Shown here: piece after piece, positions 42,993 through 52,500 of the stretch
Numbering within the stretch: the first letter of the stretch is position 1
Layout of the letters: the number at the start of each line of letters is the position of its first letter
NCBI GenBank assembly: GCA_963823665.1
Contig: CAWGMQ010000006.1
Span: 1,762,597 to 1,826,596 of the forward strand
Direction of reading: 5' to 3'
Length of the DNA: 64,000 bases
Source of the DNA: an uncultured Planctomycetota bacterium
Lineage (GTDB): Bacteria; Planctomycetota; Planctomycetia; Isosphaerales; Isosphaeraceae
Made by a program: the position numbers and the translations under genes
Notes under the pieces: generated by a model
Told to the model about the DNA's origin: nothing
Database searches by the model: none
Seen by the model: only the letters and a program-made list of their open reading frames with translations

Positions 42993-43231
42993 TACTGCGA
43001 GCCGACCGGAATGCTCGCCTGGCCTTGGCTTTTTTCGTCTCCGTTTGTTGAAACGGCGGGTTCCAGGGCGTTGCCCTGGGCTGATTTGTTACTGCCCCTT
43101 CGGGGCGAGGAGTCAGTCATTCGGCGACCGCCTCGTTAGAATCGACCAGAATCGGTTAGCCGGTTCCGCCGAGTCCCACGCGCGCAAGAACCGGGAGCCT
43201 TTTTTGTCTCCGTTTATTGAAACTCGCAGTA
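42993..43231. promoter_or_regulatory. Divergent promoter-like motif pair, cassette 3
   Basis: Minus: AGGC-N18-GCAGTA (42993-43020). Plus: TGTC-N17-GCAGTA (43205-43231). Confidence 0.55.
43061..43108. repeat. REP-like double-hairpin element
   Basis: CCAGGGC-GTT-GCCCTGG (43063-43079) and GCCCC-TTCG-GGGC (43094-43106), lying between two 24 bp direct repeats (43031-43054 and 43200-43223). Confidence 0.6.
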
Positions 43232-43242
43232 CTGTAAGTACT

Positions 43243-43896
43243 ATGGACGAGCTGTCGCCACCTCCAGGACAGGTCCCCGGAGTTGTCACGCGCGCCGCCG
43301 GAGGCGACCGGGCTGCTATCGTCGAGCTGCTCGAGCGCTACCGCGCCCGGCTGCGCCGAATGGTGGCGCTGCGGCTGGACCCCCGGCTCCGGGGGCGGGT
43401 CGACGCCTCGGACGTGATCCAGGAGGGCTATCTCGATGCGATGCGGCGGCTTGAGGAGTTCATCCAGGATCCGGCCGTGCCGTTCTACATCTGGCTGCGG
43501 TTCCTGGTCGGCCAGCGGGTGCAGGAGCAGCACCGGCGGCACCTCGGCACCTCCGGCCGGGATGACGGCCGCGAGGTGTCGATCTACCGGGGCGCCATGC
43601 CCGGCGCCAGCACCGGGGCCCTGGCCGCCCGGCTGCTCGGCAAGCTCACGAGCCCCAGCCAGGCGGCGGTGCGGGCCGAGCGGAAGGTCCGGCTCCAGGA
43701 GGCCCTTAACCGCATGGACCCGCTCGACCGCGAGATCCTGGTCCTGCGCCACTACGAGCAGATGACCAACGGCGATGCCGCCGCGGCCCTGGGGCTCTCG
43801 TTCAAGGCGGCGAGCAAACGGTACACGCGCGCGCTCGAGCGGCTCGAGAAGATCCTGAATGCCTTACCCGGAGACCCGGGAGGGCAGGGATCATGA
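43243..43896 (+). CDS. ECF sigma-70 factor, copy 3
   Basis: Same motifs as copy 2; about 14 of 217 residues differ from copy 4 by eye. Confidence 0.92.
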   Translation: MDELSPPPGQVPGVVTRAAGGDRAAIVELLERYRARLRRMVALRLDPRLRGRVDASDVIQEGYLDAMRRLEEFIQDPAVPFYIWLRFLVGQRVQEQHRRHLGTSGRDDGREVSIYRGAMPGASTGALAARLLGKLTSPSQAAVRAERKVRLQEALNRMDPLDREILVLRHYEQMTNGDAAAALGLSFKAASKRYTRALERLEKILNALPGDPGGQGS

Positions 43897-43970
43897 GCGA
43901 ACGATCTGTCGATCGCGATCCCTTCGGGGGCATTGCCGAGTCGTTCCTGGCACGGTTCCGGACTGGTTAA
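43893..43970 (+). pseudogene. 25-codon stub of the cognate Ser/Thr kinase
   Basis: '[25 protein letters not shown]' matches the N-terminus of the kinase at 49499. Confidence 0.85.
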
Positions 43971-44227
43971 CCGTTTGTCGGAGCTGCAGCGTGGCTGACG
44001 GCTTCGCCGGGACCATTCTGGCCACTCCCTGCTGGGCCGGACTGATCGCGATCGACAACCCGTGTATAGCCATTCACATTTGCGCTTACATTTAAACAAC
44101 GGGTTGCCACACTACCACACTATGTTTGGGATTGACGAGATTCCTGCCGCCTTGTAGATAGAGCAAGCCACCAAGCAGGCCTTTTTGCACCTTTGGTACA
44201 AGTGATCACACACAAGTGAGGCTCAAC

Positions 44228-45004
44228 ATGCCCCAAGTGAAACAGACGGGGGTCAGTGGTCGTGACCATTACGACAGCCTTTTTCAGAATGAACTTGATC
44301 GAGAAGCGGAGTGGCTTGATCGCACCGCAGGACACAAGGCCGATTCGATAGAGCGGTTGCTCAAGAAGAACAACATCGAGTGTGATACCCTTCTCGAACT
44401 CGGGTGTGGCACAGGCTCGGTCATTCGTGAGTGTCAGCGGCGTAAAATTGCCAAGTCTTATATCGCAGTGGATTACTCCGACACCGCAATAGACTATTTG
44501 AACAGTAATTCAAACGAAATTGAAACACATTCATTTGATGTCACTTCAGAAGATTTCTCATTCAATAGGCCGGTTGATGTGGTTGTCGTGAGCCATGTCA
44601 TCGAGCATCTCGAAGAACCGCTTGCCTTCTTGCAATCGTTGCGGCGCCTTAATTTCAAATACCTGGTTTCCGAGGTTCCGCTCGATGATCTACTTATGGG
44701 CAGGCTTAGCGCTTTGGCGAAGGAGGATCGGACTCAGAATCTTGCCGGTCACGTGCAGTTTTTCACAGCCTCATCGTTTCGCCGGCTATTAGAATCGAGC
44801 GGGATGAAGGTGATCGATACTCGCAGATATTTGCCATTACTCGATAGAGAGACAATCAAATTTGTGTGCAAGAAGAACAAATCTTCGAATCTAACATATT
44901 GCAAAATGCTGTTCGGTCGATATCTGAGGCTCGCATTGGGGCCGATCTGGGCCTATTTCTTTAGCGCACATTACGCGGTGCTCTCTCGGTTCTCTCCGGA
45001 ATAA
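44228..45004 (+). CDS. Class I SAM-dependent methyltransferase, low GC
   Basis: 'LLELGCGTG', 'AVDYS', 'VVSHVIEHL', 'GHVQFF'. Markedly AT-richer than its flanks. Confidence 0.85.
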   Translation: MPQVKQTGVSGRDHYDSLFQNELDREAEWLDRTAGHKADSIERLLKKNNIECDTLLELGCGTGSVIRECQRRKIAKSYIAVDYSDTAIDYLNSNSNEIETHSFDVTSEDFSFNRPVDVVVVSHVIEHLEEPLAFLQSLRRLNFKYLVSEVPLDDLLMGRLSALAKEDRTQNLAGHVQFFTASSFRRLLESSGMKVIDTRRYLPLLDRETIKFVCKKNKSSNLTYCKMLFGRYLRLALGPIWAYFFSAHYAVLSRFSPE

Positions 45005-45049
45005 CATCAAGGGCCACGCGAAACGGCACGGCCCCGAACAGGAGGTCCG

Positions 45050-46383
45050 TGCGAATATCTCGCATTCAGCCCTGACGGACGATTCTTTGTCACGGGTTTC
45101 CGCTCTGCGGATCACGTGTGCGCCAAGCCCATCGACCTCTGGGACACCGCCTCGGGGCGAAAGCTCTCCTCGTTGCCGGGGACATTCGCTCCGGCCGCAT
45201 TCCAGGCGGCGGGCGATTACCACGGACTGGTTCGGTTCTGGGATACGTCCAGCGGCCGGGAGATCGGGCAGCCGCTTCCTCAAAGGGAGATCGATCTGGC
45301 CCTGGCCTACAGCCCGGATGGCAAGACGCTGGCGGTGGGGCTCGCCGAAGTTTTTACACACAAGCCGGGCACTCGACTCTGGGATACCGCGACAGGCCGG
45401 CCCATCGGCGAATTGTTGCCCAGCGTTGCGGGCGTGACCCGAATCGAGTTCCGTCCGGACGGTCGCGCCCTGCTCACGTGCGGCGGTTCCACCCGGCTGT
45501 GGGATGCCGTCCGGGCGCAGGCAATGGGTGAAGAAATTATTGACGATCAGGCCGGCGGATTTCGTCCGGATGGCCGCGTATTCCTCACACTGGGATCGGA
45601 CCGGTTCGACAAATCGGCCGCCGATTACCGTGAGGCCGAGCGGCTCGGTAAGCGAGACGATGTGCGGGACTTCCAGATTCACTGCGTCGTCGATTGCACC
45701 AAGGCCGAGCGCTGGGCCGAGGCCCTCTGGTATCTCGACCGCCTGATCGCCGCACGGCCAGGGGACGGGACGCTGCACGAGGACCGCGCAGCGGTCTACG
45801 GCAAGCTCGGCCGCGAGGCCGAGCGCCAGGCCGAGCTGGCAAGCGTGTTTGCGCTGGGAGCTGACGAGGGGCTCGTGATCGCGCGGGCCGAGGAGCTTGG
45901 CCGCGGCGGCCGCTGGGCCGAGGCCGCGGGCCTGCTGGCGCGCGGCGGGAGGGCAGGCCCGCTCAGTTCGGTTCTGGCCCAGGCCTGGGGCATCGCCTGT
46001 CTGCGGGCCGGCGATCGCGCCGGCTACCGCGAGGCCTGCGCGGCGTTCATGGACTACCAGGGGCCGGACCCGACGGTCGTCTGGAACGCACTCGCGGCGG
46101 CATCGTTCTTCGCCCTGGGGGCCGAGGGCCTGGACGACTACCGGGTGCCGATGCGATGGATCGAGCGCCGGCTTTCCGCCAGTCCCACGCTGAACCCCGT
46201 AATCAAACATTACTTCTCGAACGTTCTGGGAGGCCTCTCGCTCCGCGCCGGGCGGCTGGACGATGCGATTGGCCGCGTCAACGAAGGAATTGCCGCCGCG
46301 AACCAAGTGGAACTGCCCACCGACTGGGCTCACCTGGCCCTGGCCCATGCGCTCAAGGGGAACCTGGCTGAAGCCCGCCGCGG
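45050..46383 (+). pseudogene. WD40/TPR C-terminal remnant of the cassette-3 kinase, with internal deletions
   Basis: Collinear with 51362-54428 but skips about 51510-52620 (junction near 45195) and about 53045-53650 (junction near 45600). Confidence 0.8.
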
Positions 46384-46398
46384 TCACGCCGGAGAGTC

Positions 46399-47522
46399 TC
46401 AGCCTCCGAATTCCACGATGAGGCCTTGCAGCAGGATGTTGGCCGGACCCGAGAGGGCCTCTGCCTGGGCCTGAGTCAAAATGCCGGCCTTGCGGAACGC
46501 GGCAACCTCACTCAGGAACGTCTGCACCTTGCTGGTGTCGCCGTTGTTGCCTTTAAGGATCAGCTTCACACCGACGGAGTCGGCCTGCGCCGCGTTCAGC
46601 ACCCCCGCCGCCTCCAGCGTTTCCACCTGTTCCTCGAGGTCGGCATCCTGCTGGGTCGATCGACGCCACGGTGATCGCCACGCTGGCATCCGAGCTGATG
46701 TTGCCGAGGCTGACGGCGAGGCTCAGCGTGTCGGCGCCGCTGAAATTGAGGCCGCCGCGGTAGACCAGGGTGGCCAGGGCGGCTTTGAGCTCGACCGTGC
46801 TGCCGGTCAAGGACACCGAGCCGCTGCCGTTGCCGGTGGCCGTCAAGCCGCTGGTCGTCCCCAGGGTCAACGTGCCGTGGCCGACGGCGAGGGTGACCGT
46901 CAGGCTGCCGCTCTGCCCGCTGCCGATGGTGATGCCGCTGATGGCCTGGCCCACGTTCTCGTAGGCGGTCAGGGCGGCCGGGACGGTGATGGCCGGGCTG
47001 CCGGCCAGCAGGGCGATGGTCTTGGTCGGGCCGCCGTTGTTGGCCAGCCCGGCGGCCGCGAACTTCGGGCTGCCGATGCTGATGGCAGCGGTCCCGGGGG
47101 CCCCGGTCAACGCGCTCGACCCGGTTGCGTCCAGGCTGAGCAGGTCGTTTCTGCTGCCGGACAGTTTGGGGGCGCCGGCGCCATGGATGGCATTGGCGTA
47201 GAAGTCGCTGACGGTGGTGGTGCCGTTCTGGCCGAGGATGCTGTTGACGATCGTGGCCGTGGCGGTAGCGCCGCTGAAGCCGCTGCCGGAGCTGCTGTCG
47301 CTGAGAACGTAGACGTCGCTGGCGGTGCCGGCGCTGCTATTGCCGCTCGCGACGGCGTTGCCGCTGAAGGTGTCGAAGGTGGCGGCCAGGGTGCCGTTGC
47401 GTATGAAGACGGCGCCGCCGTCGCCTTGCCCCGCGCTGCCGTTGTTGCCGCCGCTACCGCCGGCGCCGGCGGTGGCCTTGTTCTGGGTGAAGGTGTCGTT
47501 GGTGAGGGTGAGTGCGCCGCCG
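46399..47522 (-). pseudogene. C-terminal part of a second Gly-rich secreted protein (choice-of-anchor-Q-like, Ig-like and FIMAH-like segments); frameshift near 46660
   Basis: 'GGALTLTNDTF...GGAVF...ATATIVNSILGQN' is homologous to the giant protein. Also 'GLANNGGPTKTIALLAGSPAI' and 'KVQTFLSEV...ILTQAQAEAL'. Confidence 0.75.
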
Positions 47523-48587
47523 GTGCTGGTCGGCGTCGTAGGGCTGGTAACGGCTGCGGCGCAGCTCCCGGGCCAGGGCGTTGGCCGGCTCCAGGCAGGC
47601 GGCGGCCTCGGCGTGCTCGCCCCGCGCGTCGGCGACATGGGCGAGGGCAAAGAGCAGGTTCATCCGCACCACCGGGGCGATCGGCCCGTGCATCGCGAAG
47701 CGGAGCCGGTCGCGGTCGGCCTCGGGCAGCCGGCCGCGCACGAGCACCGCCCGCCGCGCCAGCGGCAACGGTGACTGCGGATGACGGGTCTCGGCCTCGT
47801 GGTAGCACGCCTCGGCCTCGGCCATGGCCCCGAGCTCCTCGTGCAGTGAGCCCAGGCTGATCCACGAGTCCAGGTGATCGGGTCGCAGCTCCAGGGCGCG
47901 GCGATAAGCGGCCTCGGCTTCGGCATGGCGGCCGTCGGACAGGTAGGCCCAGCCGAGCTCGTTGTGCGCGTCAGCATCGGCCGGCTTCTTCAGGGCGCGG
48001 CGCTCGCAAAGCTCAACCGCGGCGGGCCAGTCCTCGGCCTGGCCGTGGACGTAGGCCAATTGCAGCCACAGGGCGTCATCTTCGGGGGCCAGCTCGGCGG
48101 CCCGGCGCGAATGCGCGAGGGCAACGACCGGCTTGCCCTGCCCAAGGAGCGCCAGGCCCAGGTTGGCGTGCGCGACGGCCAGGTCGGGCTCTAGCCGGAG
48201 GGCCTCGGCATAGGCATCGGCCGCCTCGGCCCACCGCTCCAGGCCGCGCAGAACGTTGCCGAGGTTGTTGAGCGCCTCGGGGTAGTCCGGCCGCAGGCGG
48301 AGGGCCGAGCGGCAGCTTTCGGCGGCTTGCTCGCGCTGGCCCAGGGCACGCTGGATCTCGGCGAAGTTGGCATGATACGTGGCGACGTCGGGCCGCAGCT
48401 CGATGGCCCTGCCCGTTAGCTCGACGGCACGGGCGGAGTAACCGCACTGGTGATGCAAGACGCCAAACAGGTGCAGCACGTTAGCGTCATCAGGATCGCG
48501 GTCCAGCAGGGCCTGGTAGGTGCGGCCCGCGTCGGCGTAGCGACCGGCCTGATGGCATTCCCAAGCGTTCATCAAGTCCGGACTCAT
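47523..48587 (-). pseudogene. TPR-sulfotransferase paralog lacking the sulfotransferase domain
   Basis: Collinear with 31838-34114 from 'AWECHQAGRY' to 'YDADQH', then joins directly into the Gly-rich gene. Confidence 0.8.
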
Positions 48588-48769
48588 CTTGTGACTCCGT
48601 CAAGAGCTGCGAGGTTCTGGTTGCATAAGGTCAGGATTGGTTGCACGGCGCGTGGACCGACCTCTCGGGGCTAACCCGCGGCGACAACGCGACGCTGGTG
48701 CTCCGCGGCTCAGACGCTGGTCATCACGATCCCTGGCGGGCCTTGTCCTCTCCTTGGGCTTACCACCTA

Positions 48770-48840
48770 TACTGCGAGGCGACCGCGATGCTCGCCTGGC
48801 TTTGGCTTTTTTTTGTCTCGGTTTATTGAAACTCGCAGTA
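48770..48840. promoter_or_regulatory. Divergent promoter-like motif pair, cassette 4
   Basis: Minus: AGGC-N18-GCAGTA (48770-48797). Plus: TGTC-N17-GCAGTA (48814-48840). Confidence 0.55.
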
Positions 48841-48848
48841 CTGTAAGT

Positions 48849-49502
48849 ATGGACGAGATGTCGCCACCTCCAGGACAGGTCCCCGGAGTTGTCACGCGGG
48901 CCGCGGCGGGCGACCGGGCTGCGATCGTCGTGCTGCTCGAGCGCTACCGCGCCCGGCTTCGCCGGATGGTGGCGCTGCGGCTGGACCCCCGGCTCCGGGG
49001 GCGGGTTGACGCCTCGGACGTGATCCAGGAGGGGTACCTCGATGCGATGCGGCGGCTCGAGGAGTTCATCCGGGATCCGGCCGTGCCGTTCTACATCTGG
49101 CTGCGGTTCCTGGTTGGCCAGCGGGTGCAGGAGCAGCATCGGCGGCACCTGGGCTCGCCCGGCCGGGATGTCGGCCGCGAGGTGTCGATCTACCGGGGCG
49201 CGATGCCCGGCGCCAGCACCGGGGCCCTGGCCGCCCGGCTTCTCGGCAAGCTCACGAGCCCCAGCCAGGCGGCGGTGCGGGCCGAGCGGAAGGTTCGGCT
49301 CCAGGAGGCCCTTAACCGCATGGACCCGCTCGACCGCGAGATCCTGGTCTTGCGCCACTACGAGCAGATGGCCAACGGCGATGCCGCCGCGGCCTTAGGG
49401 CTGAAGTTCAAGGCGGCGAGCAAACGGTACACGCGGGCGCTCGAGCGGCTCGAGAAGGTCCTCAATGCCTTACCCGGAGACACGTCAGGGCAGGAGCCAT
49501 GA
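48849..49502 (+). CDS. ECF sigma-70 factor, copy 4
   Basis: Same motifs as copies 2 and 3; ATGA overlap with the kinase. Confidence 0.92.
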   Translation: MDEMSPPPGQVPGVVTRAAAGDRAAIVVLLERYRARLRRMVALRLDPRLRGRVDASDVIQEGYLDAMRRLEEFIRDPAVPFYIWLRFLVGQRVQEQHRRHLGSPGRDVGREVSIYRGAMPGASTGALAARLLGKLTSPSQAAVRAERKVRLQEALNRMDPLDREILVLRHYEQMANGDAAAALGLKFKAASKRYTRALERLEKVLNALPGDTSGQEP

Positions 49503-52500
49503 GCGAGCCATCGGTCGATTGCGATCCTTTCGAGGGCGTAGCGGAGTCGTTCCTGGCGCGGTTCCGGGCTGGTGAGCGTCCCAGCATCGTCGAGTACGCC
49601 GCCCGCCACCCCGAGCTGGCCGACCAGATTCGCAGGCTGCTGCCGGCGCTGGTGATGGTCGAGCAAGACCTCTCGATCGACGTCGACGCGGCTCCGGCCG
49701 GCCGGGATGCGATCGAGAGCCAGTCGAGGCGGCTGGGTGATTACCGGATCGTGCGTGAGATCGGGCGCGGCGGCATGGGGGTGGTCTATGAGGCCGAGCA
49801 GGTCAGCCTGGGCCGACGGGTGGCGCTCAAAGTTTTGCCCGGCCACGTGGTGGGCGACCGCCATGCCCTGGAGCGGTTCCGACGGGAGGCGAAGGCCGCA
49901 GCGCGGTTGCACCACACCAACATCGTGCCGGTTTTCGAGGTCGGGCAAGAGGGCGAGGTCGCTTTTTACGCGATGCAGTTCATTCAGGGCCAAGGGCTCG
50001 AGCAGGTCATCGCCGAGCTGCGGCGGCTGCTCGCGCCGGGTCTCGACGCCGGCGAGGCCGGAACGGGCCGGGCCGAAGGCCTCGAGGCATCGACGACCGT
50101 CGGGGCGTCGCGGGTTTCCGTGAAGTCGATCCTCCGGCAGCGCGAGCTCGGCCAGCTTGCGGAATCTGTGCTGACCGGCCGCCTGATGAGGGACGGGACG
50201 GAACGGCCGGCGACCAACCCGCCCACGACGAACGCCGCTGTCGCTACGGAAGGATTCGGCTCAAACGCGACCGCCGCACTGGCGCCCTTGGCCGCCAAGG
50301 AGGGGCAACCTCCGGCTCGCCCCGGTTCCACCAACCTGTCGGGCTCGGCGATGCTGCCGGGCGGCACGCACATCTCCGAGATCGATTCCTCGGGCCGCCG
50401 GCAGCCGTTCTTCCGGAGCGTCGCGCAGATCGGCAGGCAGGCAGCGCAAGGGCTGGCCTACGCGCACTCACGCGGCATCATCCACCGCGACATCAAGCCG
50501 TCGGACCTGCTGCTGGATTCGGCGGGAGTGGTCTGGATCACCGACTTCGGCCTGGCCAAGGCGGAGGAAGACGGGCTGACCGCGACCGGCGACATCCTGG
50601 GGACGTTCCGATACATGGCGCCTGAGCGGTTCCGCGGGCTGGGGGACGCCCGCGCCGATGTCTATGCGCTGGGGCTGACCCTGTACGAGCTGCTGACCCT
50701 CCGGCCGGCGTTCGAATCGTCCGACCGGCTGAAGCTGGTCGAGCAAGTCAAGACCGCAGAGCCAGTCCACCCCCGATCGATCGACCGCCACATCCCCCGC
50801 GACCTCGAGACGATCGTTCTGAAGGCGATCGAGAAGGAGCCCGGAGCGCGGTACCAGTCGGCCGACGCGATGGCCGAGGACCTGCGGCGGTTCCTGGCCG
50901 ACGAGCCGATCAAGGCCCGCCAGGTCAGCACCTCGGAGCGATACTGGCGGTGGGCCAGGCGGAACCCCGTGATCGCGACACTGGGCGGCGTGCTGGGGAT
51001 GGTGCTCGTCGCGGTGACGATCGGCTCGACATTGGCGGCGGCTTATTTCAAGGAGTCGGCCCGGCGCGAGACGAACCTGGCCGCGCGCGAGCAACTGGCG
51101 AATCAGCAATCGCAGCGCGATCGGCAAGCGGCCATCGAAGAGCGCGATCATTCGCGCCGGCTGTCCGCAGGTCTGGCGCTCGACAAGGGGATCGCCCTGG
51201 CCGAAGAGGGTCACGCCGACCGGGGCTTGCTCTGGATGCTCGAGGCCCTCAAGACGGCCCCGGACGAAGCGGAGGGATTTCAGAATGCGGTTCGCTGGAA
51301 CCTGGGTGCCTGGCTCGGGCAGGTTCACAAGACGCTGCGGATCGTCGATACAGGCGGTCCCTGCGATTACGTCGCCTTCAGCCCGGACGGACGATCGTTT
51401 GCAACGGGTTTCAATCCACATGACCGTGCGATAGCAACGCCCATCAACCTGTGGGACACCGCCTCGGGACAAAAGCTCTCCTCCTTGCCCGGTGCTTTCG
51501 CCCCGTTCGCCTTCCGACCGGACGGAAAAGTCCTCGTCGCTCGCGACGACCAGCGCCGCGTCGTTGCCATCGATCTGATCACGGGGCGGGTGCTCTGGAC
51601 GACGTCGCAGCCCCTCGGACAGCACGGGGAATGGATCGAGTTGAGTCCGGACGGCTCAACGGCTTTTGTCACTTATACTGACAACTCAGAGAGTTGGTGG
51701 TTATCGCGACTCGACGTGGCGACGGGCCGGGGCGCGGAGAGCCGATCCGGAGCAGTGGATCGGCTGCTGCCGCCCCTGACGGCAGGATGGTCGCGATCCG
51801 CCGAGTCGAGAACGGTAAGGCGTTCATCGATGTGCTCGACCTCCCCTCGGGCCGGCGAACGGCGAGCTGGCCAGCCGCCGAGAACGCCCTTTCCCTGTTA
51901 CTCTTCAGCCCCGACGCCCGGTCGCTGTTCGTGTCGGAAAATAAGCGATCTGTCATCAACCAGAACAACAGCTTCTTCGGTCAGGTCTGGGATCCGGGCA
52001 AGGGAAGACCGATTACTGCTCCCATGACAAGCACGAAGTCCGCTTTTTTTACTCGAGCGGCTGATTGTCTGGTGACGAATACCAACAACCTGTGGGTCGT
52101 ACATGATGCCAAGGACGGCCGCGTGAGGGGTGCTGGCCTTCATGCCGGGACTGCTGAATGGCTTGATTCGCGTCCGTTTGGTCGCACCATGCTTGCCGCG
52201 TCCCATCGCGACGTTCATCTGTGGCAGATATCAACGGATTCAGAGCTGGTTCTCCGTGGAGGAACCGAGTCGCAAGCATCGCTCTCGGGGATCGAACCCG
52301 CGAGCCGGATGCGGGATATCACCTCATTCTGGACCGGGCTGTGGACGGACGGGCGAATCGCGATTGCACTGGCCAAGCGGGCGGGCGAGCGAGCACTGAT
52401 CCGATTCTCGGATCCGGCGACGGGACGCACTCTGGGAAGGCCCGCCTCGCACTACCCCGGCTGGAAGTTCGGTAGCTTCGCAGTCAGTCCCGACGGCCGA

